DNA of 64,000 nucleotides from Candidatus Dojkabacteria bacterium (GCA_035444565.1 DAOMOX010000001.1:322335-386334); one strand, 5' to 3'; positions 39,339-48,815 are shown, counted from the stretch's first letter. Notes: generated from the sequence alone by a model not told the origin. Translations and numbers: made by a program.

Positions 39339-42300
39339 TTACTCCTGCATAAGCTCTTCGGCTTCTTCATCAATCACCCCAGCAGCAACTGCTGAGTCGT
39401 CTACGTAGTCTTCTTTCAATTCTAACAACTCAGGATTTAATCCCAATGCTCGAAGTTCGTTTATGAATACCTTGAATGATTCAGGAATATTTGGTGCTTC
39501 AATTTCAGTACCTTGAATGATTGATTTGTATGCAGATGCTCTTCCAACAACATCGTCAGATTTGATAGTAAGCAACTCTTGTAAGTTGTGTACAGCTGCA
39601 TGTGCTTCTAGTGCCCACACTTCCATCTCTCCAAATCTCTGACCTCCAAACTGTGCTTTTCCACCAAGTGGCTGCTGTGTAACTAATGTATACGATCCTG
39701 TAGATCTGGCATGAATCTTATCAGATGAAAGATGGTTCAATTTCACAACATATCTAGAACCAATTAAAACTTTCTTATCAAATGGTTCTCCAGTCCTTCC
39801 ATCGTAAAGTGTTCTTTTTACATCAACGCTATCTTTTGGCATTAATTTCTCAAGAATATCCATGTCCAGCTGTGCGAATGGAGGAACTTCGACTTTTACT
39901 CCAGCTTGTTTTGCTTTTTGTGCAACTTCAAGCTCTTTCAATTGACCGATGTTCATTCTTTTTACAAACATAGGAGAGAGAACGATGTCTATTTTTGTTC
40001 CGTCCTTCAAGAATGGCATATCTTCGTCAGGCAAGATTCTGGATACAACACCTTTGTCTCCGTGTAACCCTGTAAGTTTGTCGCCAACAGAAATCTTTGA
40101 AGTTCTAGCAACCCAAACCTTTACTTGTTTAATAACGCCTGGGTTTAATTTATCACCTTTTATTTTGTCTAATAATTGCACACCGATAACAATACCTTCG
40201 TCTCCATGTGGAAGTCGAAGTGAGTTATCTCTTACATCACGTGCATACTCTCCGAAAATTGCTCTTAGTAATTTCTCTTCTGCTGTTAATTCTGTTTCTC
40301 CTTTTGGTGCAATAATACCCACCAAAATGTCCTGAGAACTGACAGATGCTCCAATTCGAACAATACCCTCATCATTAAGATTTCTAAGTGCGTGTTCGCC
40401 GACGTTAGGGATGTCTCTCGTTATTTGTTCGTCTCCAAGTTTTGTTTCTCTAATATCTTGAACGTATTCTTTGATGTGAATTGAGGTTAAAATATCTTCT
40501 CTTACCAATCTCTCTGAAATTACAATTCCGTCCTCGTAGTTATATCCATCAAAAACCATTACAGCGGCTGTTAAATTTCTTCCAAGTGCTAATTCACCGT
40601 CTGCCATGGAAGGTCCGTCTACGAGAACATCACCCTTTGAAATTTTTTGGCCTTTTACAACTCTAACTTGTTGAGAGAAACATGTGTTTTGGTTCGTTTT
40701 TATGAATTTGTCTATTAAATGTACTACTGGTTTTTTGTCACCATCATATTTAATTGTCAATTTACCAGCCTCGCTAGCAACTACAACTCCTGCTTTCTCT
40801 GCTTTTATCAACCTGCCTGATGATTCTGCAACTACTTTCTCATAACCAGTTCCGACAATAGGAGTTTCTGGCTCTAGCAGAGGAACAGCTTGTCGTTGCA
40901 TGTTTGATGCCATAAGGGACCTTGTAGGGTCATCGTTCTGAGCAAAAGGCACCAAAGAGAAACCTAATCCAGCAATTTGTCCTGGATTAATATCTACAAA
41001 ATCAAGTTGTTCTGTAGGAATATTTACATAAGAACCATCATATCTAGCATACGTATTACCTGATCGAAGTCTTCCTTTCTCATCTTTTTCCAAGTCAGCT
41101 CGACCAATACGATATTCTTTTTCACCATCTGCATCAAGATAAACTACTTCGTTCGTGACTACAGGTTCGACTTTTAGTGTATCAACACCCAGATCCTTAA
41201 GTTTTGCAATATCTTCTTTTGTTAATGCTTTCCCTTTTTTGAGTACCACCTTTTCTTTTGAATCCTTGACATCCTCTCTTAGCACATGCCCTATTAGACT
41301 TCTTGTATCAATTCTGGATGGAGATACATTGCTCAATACTCTGAAGTAAGGTGCCTCTAAGAAACCAAACTCGTTCACCCTGGCATATTTTGCCATATGT
41401 GAAACGATACCGATGGAAGGACCTTCTGGAGTCGTCACTGGACATAGTTTTGAGTAATGTGAGCTATGTACGTCACGAACAGAGAAAGATGCTCTTTCTT
41501 TTGTTAATCCCCTAGGACCTCCGGCTGTAATTCTTCTCTTTGTTTCTAGCTCTGATAGGATATTCTCCTGATCCATGTATCTAGAAACTGCACTACTTCC
41601 GAAAAATTCATTTAATGATGATGAAATTGGTTTAGTGTTTACCAACAACGAAGGAGTTACTAGGTCCTCTGCTCCATAAGTACTCATACGATCTCGTGTA
41701 TTTTTCTCAACTCGTAATACTCCGATTCTCAATCGGTCTCCAATCAACTCTCCCACACCTCGAATTCTTCTATTTGCTAGCGAGTCAATATCGTCGATTT
41801 GTCTCTCGCCATTATTTAGCTGGATTAATGAGCGAACAACATGCACCAAATCCTCTTTATTTAGAAGATAATCTTCTTCTGTGATTGATGTATTTACTCC
41901 AAGTTTCTTGTTTAATTGGTATCTACCTGTTTTCCCAAGATAAAATCTCCTCTTGTTAAAGAAAATGTTATCAAGAAATACTTTTGCATTATCAATATTT
42001 AGTGAATCCTCAGGTCTTAATTTCCTGTAAATCTCTAATAAAGCTTCTTCTGTGTTTGTTGTGGTGTCTCTCCTCAATGTGTTTTCCAGCAATCTCAAAT
42101 CTCCAATACCTGACATTGCGTTTTTCAAATCTCTGTCAGTTGAGTAACCGAGCGCACGAAGCAATGTTGTAAGTAACACTCTTGGTCTTTTATCTAATAA
42201 CTTGATGGACATAACTCCATACTTGTTTACTTCAAAATCAAACCATCTTCCCCTTAGTGGCATAAGTTTTACAGCAAATAGAGGGGATTTTGATGTTGAA

Positions 42301-42734
42301 GTTTTTTGCTCAAAAAAGAGAACCCCTTCGGCTCTCATTATTTGCATTACTACTACTCTCTCGTTTCCTTTTACTACAAATGTTCCTCTTTCGCTCATTA
42401 CTGGAATATCGGAAACAAAAAGTTTTTGTTTTTTAATTTCTCCCGTCTTTTTGTTTATCAACTTAACAAAAACATACAATGGCATCTGATAAGAAAGTCC
42501 CAACCTTTGTGCCTCTTGCATTCCCATATTAACCTCTCCCCACTCTAATTCCTCAAAGTAAAGCTCCCAAGTTTCTCCTGTATAATCCAAAATTGGATTT
42601 ACTTCATGAAAAATTTCTTTTATTCCTGCTTTTATGAAGTCTTGAAAGGATTCGAGTTGAGCCTGTATTAAATTTGGCTCGATTCTTTCTAATTTATGTA
42701 TTGCGAGGTTAATTCTTTCGTTTGTATTTTTCAT
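39339..42734 (-). CDS. rpoB: DNA-directed RNA polymerase subunit beta
   Basis: 1131 aa. Conserved rpoB blocks throughout. Directly upstream of rpoC. Confidence 0.95.
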   Translation of the reverse strand: MKNTNERINLAIHKLERIEPNLIQAQLESFQDFIKAGIKEIFHEVNPILDYTGETWELYFEELEWGEVNMGMQEAQRLGLSYQMPLYVFVKLINKKTGEIKKQKLFVSDIPVMSERGTFVVKGNERVVVMQIMRAEGVLFFEQKTSTSKSPLFAVKLMPLRGRWFDFEVNKYGVMSIKLLDKRPRVLLTTLLRALGYSTDRDLKNAMSGIGDLRLLENTLRRDTTTNTEEALLEIYRKLRPEDSLNIDNAKVFLDNIFFNKRRFYLGKTGRYQLNKKLGVNTSITEEDYLLNKEDLVHVVRSLIQLNNGERQIDDIDSLANRRIRGVGELIGDRLRIGVLRVEKNTRDRMSTYGAEDLVTPSLLVNTKPISSSLNEFFGSSAVSRYMDQENILSELETKRRITAGGPRGLTKERASFSVRDVHSSHYSKLCPVTTPEGPSIGIVSHMAKYARVNEFGFLEAPYFRVLSNVSPSRIDTRSLIGHVLREDVKDSKEKVVLKKGKALTKEDIAKLKDLGVDTLKVEPVVTNEVVYLDADGEKEYRIGRADLEKDEKGRLRSGNTYARYDGSYVNIPTEQLDFVDINPGQIAGLGFSLVPFAQNDDPTRSLMASNMQRQAVPLLEPETPIVGTGYEKVVAESSGRLIKAEKAGVVVASEAGKLTIKYDGDKKPVVHLIDKFIKTNQNTCFSQQVRVVKGQKISKGDVLVDGPSMADGELALGRNLTAAVMVFDGYNYEDGIVISERLVREDILTSIHIKEYVQDIRETKLGDEQITRDIPNVGEHALRNLNDEGIVRIGASVSSQDILVGIIAPKGETELTAEEKLLRAIFGEYARDVRDNSLRLPHGDEGIVIGVQLLDKIKGDKLNPGVIKQVKVWVARTSKISVGDKLTGLHGDKGVVSRILPDEDMPFLKDGTKIDIVLSPMFVKRMNIGQLKELEVAQKAKQAGVKVEVPPFAQLDMDILEKLMPKDSVDVKRTLYDGRTGEPFDKKVLIGSRYVVKLNHLSSDKIHARSTGSYTLVTQQPLGGKAQFGGQRFGEMEVWALEAHAAVHNLQELLTIKSDDVVGRASAYKSIIQGTEIEAPNIPESFKVFINELRALGLNPELLELKEDYVDDSAVAAGVIDEEAEELMQE

Positions 42735-42847
42735 AGTTGTTGCGAAAGTAATACACTAAAAATAAAAATCTTTGAGATTTCAAAGTTTTTTGTTATGCTA
42801 AAAATTCTACAAGTTTTCTAGGCAAAATTTCGTACTAGCTACGAAAA

Positions 42848-42919
42848 CATTTAACTAAATAAAAAACACGCACTATGAAACGTGCGTCTATGTATATGTA
42901 TGTTATTTAGTTAAATAAG
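42848..42919. promoter_or_regulatory. Nested palindrome in the rpoB upstream / divergent intergenic region
   Basis: Arms CATTTAACTAAATAA (42848-42862) and TTATTTAGTTAAATAAG (42903-42919) are inverted repeats. They enclose the hairpin ACGCAC-TATGAAAC-GTGCGT (42868-42887). Confidence 0.3.
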
Positions 42920-43085
42920 CCAGAAAATTTAATAATCTTCAAGAGAATTTTTTGCTTAAGCAGCTTCCCTTATAACATAGAATTCGAATAGAAGTCAATA
43001 CTTTTGGAACGTTTTAAGGCTATTTTTTTTATTAGATAATTACTCTTTACATATGATTAATTTTTACCTATGCTATTGGTATTAA

Positions 43086-43724
43086 TTGAGAATTTTTAAT
43101 ATGAAAAAGTTATTATTTACGTTTTCACTGGTTGTACTATCTTTATTAGTCCTCCCAACTTCTGTTTATGCCTACACTGTTTCGCCTGATTCTGGATCTT
43201 ATGCTCCTGGTGACGAACAAACAATCGCTATACTTGCTTCCCCTCCAGGAGAAACGTCTACATTACAGCTTAGACTTGCCGTTGTAAATGCTACCATTGT
43301 TCCTGGTTCGATAAATACTTCTGCTGCAGAAGAAAATGGATATCTTTTTATAGGTGTTTGTCCAGACAATACTAAGTATACAACCACAACGCTTTGTATA
43401 GACGTTGCCAAAACGACAGGAATGATTGCAAATGGAGATTTGTTAGGTCAGTTTAAGATTAAATTTAACTCCGGTGTTTCTTCGGCCACACTAGTTACAA
43501 ATACTGAAAATGGTTACTTGATTGGTAGTAGTGTCCAACCAGATGAAGGTAGAGGTCTTGGATCCTACCTTGTTAGCGTAATAAATACACCAACACCTAC
43601 AGATTTGCCAGTAACAGGAATAGAGGATTACCCTGTATTAGTTGTCGCAGGAGGTGTTTTCCTAGTATTCGTTGGAATGGGCTTCTTTATCGTTAGATCA
43701 AGATCACAGAGTTTACAATCATAA
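43086..43724 (+). CDS. LPXTG-motif cell-wall-anchored surface protein (sortase substrate), possible cohesin-like beta-sandwich
   Basis: 212 aa. Signal peptide. C-terminal sorting signal LPVTG + hydrophobic stretch VLVVAGGVFLVFVGMGFFIV + basic tail RSRSQ. Confidence 0.65.
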   Translation: MRIFNMKKLLFTFSLVVLSLLVLPTSVYAYTVSPDSGSYAPGDEQTIAILASPPGETSTLQLRLAVVNATIVPGSINTSAAEENGYLFIGVCPDNTKYTTTTLCIDVAKTTGMIANGDLLGQFKIKFNSGVSSATLVTNTENGYLIGSSVQPDEGRGLGSYLVSVINTPTPTDLPVTGIEDYPVLVVAGGVFLVFVGMGFFIVRSRSQSLQS

Positions 43725-43733
43725 TTAAATAAA

Positions 43734-44345
43734 ATGTCAGAAGAAAAAGACAGAAGTATTAAATCTGCAAGAGAGGAGTTAGATGCTCTTGATACTCAAA
43801 TATTAAAAGCAAAGGCGCTAAGAGAAGCCTTAGAAGAAGAGCGGAAACCAATTTTTAGTGTATACAAGTGGGTTTCACCAGAGAGAGTCTTTGAGCCAAA
43901 GGACAAAAAGTGGTACTTGATTGTGAGTAGTATTTCGATGTTTATCATTGTTTTGTCGCTTCTCACAGAAAATTACGGACTTGTCGTGGCCATCGTAGCT
44001 TTGATTGTTCTTTTATATGCACTAAATAGTGTTCCAGCTCAAAGTGTAAACCACGAGATTACAAACAAAGGAATATCTCTAAACTCCGTCTTATATACTT
44101 GGAAAAAAATCTCTAAGTTTTGGATTTCTACTCGTGGAGAACACACATATCTGAACACTATTATAGAAGAGAAAGAAAATCAAGAAGAACAATTAATAAC
44201 TTATCTAGGAAATGCAGATGTAAAAAAAATTGTGTCTTATCTCTCCCAATATGTCGACTATATTACTGAAACTGAAACCAATAATAATTTTATAAATAGT
44301 CGCTTATTTGGGAATATCGAACCACTAAGCAAATTTATAGATTAA
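43734..44345 (+). CDS. Hypothetical membrane protein
   Basis: 203 aa. N-terminal coiled-coil. Two TM helices. Confidence 0.3.
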   Translation: MSEEKDRSIKSAREELDALDTQILKAKALREALEEERKPIFSVYKWVSPERVFEPKDKKWYLIVSSISMFIIVLSLLTENYGLVVAIVALIVLLYALNSVPAQSVNHEITNKGISLNSVLYTWKKISKFWISTRGEHTYLNTIIEEKENQEEQLITYLGNADVKKIVSYLSQYVDYITETETNNNFINSRLFGNIEPLSKFID

Positions 44346-44413
44346 GCACATCTTCCTCTAATATTTTCTCCTATAATTCATTCTAGAGTATAATACTGTT
44401 GCAAATTATTCTC

Positions 44414-44487
44414 GCACCAATAGCTCAGATGGATAGAGCGCCACTTTGCGGAAGTGGAGGTCGCAGGTTCGAATCCTGCTTGGTGCA
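44414..44487 (+). tRNA. tRNA-Arg (anticodon read as GCG; verify)
   Basis: Hand fold: acceptor GCACCAA/TTGGTGC, D arm GCTC-AGATGGATA-GAGC, anticodon arm CCACT-TTGCGGA-AGTGG, T arm GCAGG-TTCGAAT-CCTGC, discriminator A. G37 fits CGN readers. Confidence 0.75.
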
Positions 44488-44611
44488 ATCCTTGAAATAC
44501 GTTTTCACCACACAGACATAATCTCAAGGTTAGACCCTTGCTTTCGCAAGGGTAACTCATCCCTATACCTCATGCTTCTGTAAGGGCTGAGTTAATCCTG
44601 CTTGGTGCAAT
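44472..44611 (+). repeat. 18-bp direct repeat of the tRNA-Arg 3' end (AATCCTGCTTGGTGCAAT) at 44472-44489 and 44594-44611, flanking a 104-bp structured spacer
   Basis: Read directly. Spacer 44490-44593 has hairpins CCTTGA...TCAAGG and CCCTTGC-TTTC-GCAAGGG. Confidence 0.85.
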
Positions 44612-44679
44612 TAATGTTAGCTCATTTCCTTAGAAAGTGTCCTTTACCCCCTCAGCAATTCTAATGCTATAATCAAAGC

Positions 44680-45675
44680 ATGATTAAAACCGCTTTCGAA
44701 TTAAAAACTGTAAGTAAATTACTCGCTGAGAAGAGGATTGCTAAAAAGCTTTCCTATGACGAGATTTCGGAAATCGTTAAGATTAATCCAGAATATCTTG
44801 AAGCGCTCGAAAATGCGGACTACTCGAAGTTTCCTTCTGAAGTCTACGTGAAAGGTTTTCTGAAGAATTATTCCAAGTTCCTAGGGATAGATCCAGAGCA
44901 CGCACTCGCTCTTTACAGAAGAGAGAGAGAAAAAGCCATGACAAAACCGAAACTCGGAGTTAGTGAGAAAATTAAAAGCAGTAAGTTCAATTTTTCACTA
45001 TCTTCAGGAAAAGTTATTGCATTATTTGCCCTGTTAGTATCATTAATTACGGTACTCTATATAGGAAATTATGTATTTGATATTTTTCAAAACCCTACAC
45101 TAGAACTTCGAAAGCCAGTTGAAATAATAGCCAATGAAAGCGGAAACTTTGTCACCGAAGAGGACTCTGTACAACTCGAAGGTATTTCGGAAATTGGAAA
45201 CAAACTTTCAATTAACGGACAAGAATACCGAGTGAATAGCTTTGAACAATTTACTGTAGACCTGAGACTTGAAGAAGGTTTGAACGAAATCAGAATTTCT
45301 TCACAGAACCAGATTAACAGATCAAGCGAGATAGTATTAAACGTTTTGTACAACAAAAAAGAGCCTGAAGTTGTATCAGTGAATCCAGAAGTAACGGAGG
45401 AAGGACAAGTAAATATTAATTTCCCAATTATTGCTAAGATTGAAGTAACAGGCGAAGGCGCATATCTCGAAGCCAAGGTCGATGGAGAATTACAGGCATC
45501 GAAAGTCTATCCGGTAAATGAAGTTGTACTATTTAATGCACAAGAATCCTTTGAACTCTACATCCCCAGATTTGAATCTATCAATTTATTCATTAACGCA
45601 GAATTGCAAACATTGACAAATCCTCGTGTTAAATTTGCTTTGGTAGATGGTCAGGTTTCTAAGATTAATCCTTAA
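44680..45675 (+). CDS. RodZ-like helix-turn-helix cytoskeleton-associated protein
   Basis: 331 aa. N-terminal XRE-type HTH (LSYDEISEIVKINPEYLEALEN), one TM, C-terminal beta-rich domain. Confidence 0.5.
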   Translation: MIKTAFELKTVSKLLAEKRIAKKLSYDEISEIVKINPEYLEALENADYSKFPSEVYVKGFLKNYSKFLGIDPEHALALYRREREKAMTKPKLGVSEKIKSSKFNFSLSSGKVIALFALLVSLITVLYIGNYVFDIFQNPTLELRKPVEIIANESGNFVTEEDSVQLEGISEIGNKLSINGQEYRVNSFEQFTVDLRLEEGLNEIRISSQNQINRSSEIVLNVLYNKKEPEVVSVNPEVTEEGQVNINFPIIAKIEVTGEGAYLEAKVDGELQASKVYPVNEVVLFNAQESFELYIPRFESINLFINAELQTLTNPRVKFALVDGQVSKINP

Positions 45676-45676
45676 T

Positions 45677-45916
45677 TTACTTTTTGGGGACTTCGTCCAC
45701 TCCACCCTTGAAGAAAATATTACACCTAAGTAGTCTGAATAGCCCTAGACGAATACCTTTAATCAATCCAAACCGTTCAATTGCTTGATAAGTATATTCG
45801 GAGCAACTTGGGTAGTGAATGCATACTCTGAACTTGTGAGGTTGAGCCCAAAAAGCATGATCAAAGGAAAAAAGCTTCTGATAGATTCTAATACTTTTCA
45901 AAATTACTTGTTTCAT
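45677..45916 (-). CDS. yidD: Membrane protein insertion efficiency factor YidD
   Basis: 79 aa. CIHYPSCSEYTYQAIERFG matches the YidD Cys motif. Confidence 0.8.
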   Translation of the reverse strand: MKQVILKSIRIYQKLFSFDHAFWAQPHKFRVCIHYPSCSEYTYQAIERFGLIKGIRLGLFRLLRCNIFFKGGVDEVPKK

Positions 45917-45969
45917 TTTGTTCTTTAATTAAGGAATTTTAACATAATTTAGTTTTTTCCCTTGTCAAG

Positions 45970-46004
45970 TTATCCACAAATAAGCTATTCTATTTTTATC
46001 CACA
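45970..46004. promoter_or_regulatory. Two perfect DnaA boxes TTATCCACA (45970-45978, 45996-46004) upstream of dnaA
   Basis: Exact consensus 9-mers read in the sequence, 26 bp apart, same orientation. Confidence 0.6.
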
Positions 46005-46095
46005 TTTTCTTCGAGTGCGTGGTCCCTCAGAAAGCCCGACGGATGTCGCATATGTTTATACTGCCTGTTATTATTATTTATATTTTCAATTTCTA

Positions 46096-47475
46096 ATGAC
46101 AGACAATTTAACTGATATCTGGAAAATAACACTTGCTCAGATTGAAATCAAAATCGACTCCCCTGCTCATTTTAAGACATGGTTTCAAAATACTAGTTTA
46201 CTAGAACTTAGTGATAAAGAAGGCAAAATTGGTGTGAACAACTCCTATACTGCCGATTGGTTGAGAAAGCATCACTACAATACAATCACAAAAACCTTGT
46301 CTTATATAGTCGGACGAGAACTTGAAATTGATTTTAATATAGATGAGAAACTAGCCAACAAAAGAAATCCTGTAACCGATAATTCCGTATCAGCAAGTTC
46401 ACCATTATTAAATTACTCCCCTGCAGAGGAAAATATTCATGTTTTGAAAAGAGCCTCTCTAAATGAGTCATATAACTTTGACAACTATATTGTTGGACCG
46501 TCAAACAAATTAGCCCACGCAGCAGCAAAAAGTGTCTCACAGAAACCAGGATTTTCTTATAATCCGCTATTTATCTATGGAGATACTGGACTAGGGAAGA
46601 CACATCTCGCACAGGCAATCGCTAGAGAAATTCTTGAAAGAGACGCTACAAGTAAAATTCTATATATTTCAAGTGAAAGATTCTTGATAGATATGGTTAA
46701 TGCTATTAGATCGAACAGAAGTACACAGTTCCGAGAAAAATACAGAACCCTTGATTTATTAATTATAGACGACATTCAATTCATTTATAAATGGAAAGAA
46801 ACACAAACAGAATTCTTCCATACTTTCAATGTCCTCTATAACGATAAAAAGCAAATAATTCTAGTCTCTGATAGACCCCCAGAGGAAATTCAAAATCTCG
46901 AAGGCAGATTGCGTTCTAGGTTTCAAGGAGGAATGACGGTAGACATAGCAAAGCCTGACTATGAGACGAGGCTGGCTATTCTAGAAAAGAAAATTGAACA
47001 AGTTGGAGGAGATCTTCCTGACTACATACTAGACTTTATCGCAAGCAATATCTCAGACAATATTCGAGAATTAGAAGGAGCACTTCAAAAGATTGCACTC
47101 TTCAACAACATGAAGGATGGAGATTTATCTCTTGAAGAGGTGAAGCACATTTTAGGAAGAGATGACCAGAACAAAAGAAAAAAAATTAAAGCCCCTCAAG
47201 TAATTAAGCAAGTTGCAACAGAGCTAAACGTTACAGCGAAAGATATAAAAGGTCCACGAAGAACAGCAGACGTGGCATTCGCTAGACAGGTTTGTATGTA
47301 CATATTAAGAGAAGATTTCTCATACAAGCTCGAAGATGTTGCTAGTTTATTAAATAGAAAAGATCATACAACAGTTATCCATGCTGTAGATAAAATTAAA
47401 AGTAAGATAATGCTCGATGAAGGATTCAAAGATCAAGTAAATTTAATCAGAGAAAAAATTAACGAACTTTACTGA
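46096..47475 (+). CDS. dnaA: Chromosomal replication initiator DnaA (ORF opens at 46015; likely start MTDNLTDIWK at 46096)
   Basis: Walker A GDTGLGKTHLAQAIA. AAA+ and C-terminal DNA-binding domain (RTADVAFARQVCMYILRE). Confidence 0.9.
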   Translation: MTDNLTDIWKITLAQIEIKIDSPAHFKTWFQNTSLLELSDKEGKIGVNNSYTADWLRKHHYNTITKTLSYIVGRELEIDFNIDEKLANKRNPVTDNSVSASSPLLNYSPAEENIHVLKRASLNESYNFDNYIVGPSNKLAHAAAKSVSQKPGFSYNPLFIYGDTGLGKTHLAQAIAREILERDATSKILYISSERFLIDMVNAIRSNRSTQFREKYRTLDLLIIDDIQFIYKWKETQTEFFHTFNVLYNDKKQIILVSDRPPEEIQNLEGRLRSRFQGGMTVDIAKPDYETRLAILEKKIEQVGGDLPDYILDFIASNISDNIRELEGALQKIALFNNMKDGDLSLEEVKHILGRDDQNKRKKIKAPQVIKQVATELNVTAKDIKGPRRTADVAFARQVCMYILREDFSYKLEDVASLLNRKDHTTVIHAVDKIKSKIMLDEGFKDQVNLIREKINELY

Positions 47476-47684
47476 TTTTCTACACAAATTTGTCCACTTT
47501 TGGGTAATACCGAAAAAGAATAAGACACATAGATAATCAGAAATATGAAAAAAACTTATCCATAAATTATACACATCAGTTTTTTTCTATAAGAGTTCTC
47601 TGTACAATCAAATTGAAATAAATATACACTTATACACGTACACTAATATAACTACTACTATTTTTAATTAATATATATATAGTA
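47476..47684. promoter_or_regulatory. AT-rich dnaA-dnaN intergenic region with degenerate DnaA boxes; candidate oriC/DNA-unwinding element
   Basis: TTATCCATA, TTATACACA, TTATACACG variants plus a very AT-rich stretch (ttttaattaatatatatatag). Confidence 0.4.
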
Positions 47685-48815
47685 ATGAAAATCTCTTTAA
47701 TACAAGAAAATCTTGCAAAAGCTTTACTGTACATAAATAAGGCAGTTAGCTCTCGACCGAACATTCCAATTTTAGCGAACGTATTGCTGGAAACCGAGAA
47801 GGGGAAGCTAAAGCTGTCGGCTACGAATCTGGATATCGGAATTAGTACCTGGATTGGTGCAACTGTAGCGGAAGAAGGAAAGATAACAGTTTCAGCAAAA
47901 ATGCTCTCAGACTTCGTGAATTCCTTGAAGTCAGGGAAGATCGAACTTCTTCAGCAAGGACAAACACTTGTGGTTAAGTCTGTGGATAACATCGCCGAGT
48001 TTTATATTATTCCTGCAGAAGACTTTCCAAGGGTACCCCAAGTAGAAGGTGACCCATTACTGGAGATTGATTCGACGACATTGTCAGAGACTTTCACAAA
48101 GACAGCTTTTGCAGCTAGCAATGATGAGTCCAGGCCAGTATTAACAGGACTTTTGTTCAAAGGGAGTAAAAAAAGACTGACAATTGTTGGAGTTGATGGT
48201 TTTCGATTATCAAAAAAAGAAATTATGCTAGAAGAAGATTTGGGAAGTAAAGAGTTTGAAGAGATAGTTCCTGCTCGTGCCGTTTCAGAAGTAGAAAGTC
48301 TAATAAAAGACATGACAGGAAAAAACGACAAGGTTCAAGTTTATCTACTTGGAAATAAAAACCAAATGTTGTTTAAAATTGGAGATGTGGAGTTGAGCAC
48401 AAGACTTATCGAAGGTAAATTTCCAGAATATGACAATATTTTGCCAAAAGATCATAAATTCGAATGTAAAGTAGAAAAATCAGGTCTGAACGATATGTTA
48501 AAAGTTGTTAGTATCTTTGCTAGAAATGTAGTGGGAAATAAAACAAAGTTTAAAATTGATGGCTCAGAATCAAAACTCAAACTTTCCACATCTGTTGTAG
48601 ATATCGGAAACAACGAAAGTGAAATTACAGTAAAAGAGCTTGATGGTGAAGACTTTGAGACTGCCTTTAATGTCAAATTCCTTCAAGACATGGTCAATAC
48701 CATGACAAGTGAAATTATCACATTTCAGACAAACGGGCCAACAGCTCCCGGAGTTTTCCTCGATCCCAAAGACAAAAACTTCATACATGTCGTGATGCCA
48801 ATGAGAGTTGAGTAG
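47685..48815 (+). CDS. dnaN: DNA polymerase III beta sliding clamp
   Basis: 376 aa. N-terminal MKISLIQENLAKALLYINKAV...LANVLLE. Three-domain length. Confidence 0.9.
   Translation: MKISLIQENLAKALLYINKAVSSRPNIPILANVLLETEKGKLKLSATNLDIGISTWIGATVAEEGKITVSAKMLSDFVNSLKSGKIELLQQGQTLVVKSVDNIAEFYIIPAEDFPRVPQVEGDPLLEIDSTTLSETFTKTAFAASNDESRPVLTGLLFKGSKKRLTIVGVDGFRLSKKEIMLEEDLGSKEFEEIVPARAVSEVESLIKDMTGKNDKVQVYLLGNKNQMLFKIGDVELSTRLIEGKFPEYDNILPKDHKFECKVEKSGLNDMLKVVSIFARNVVGNKTKFKIDGSESKLKLSTSVVDIGNNESEITVKELDGEDFETAFNVKFLQDMVNTMTSEIITFQTNGPTAPGVFLDPKDKNFIHVVMPMRVE

Noticed and set aside
35453-42734. Numerous 60-130-aa ORFs on the opposite strand or in alternative frames inside rpoB and rpoC (e.g. 36093-36320, 38694-38891, 39949-40335, 42202-42548)
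   Set aside because: They are fully embedded in highly conserved RNAP genes and have low-complexity Ser/Leu/Phe-rich translations typical of antisense shadows of AT-rich coding DNA.
44378-44560. 60-aa minus-strand ORF overlapping tRNA-Arg
   Set aside because: It overlaps a canonical tRNA gene and its downstream repeat element, and has no coding signal.
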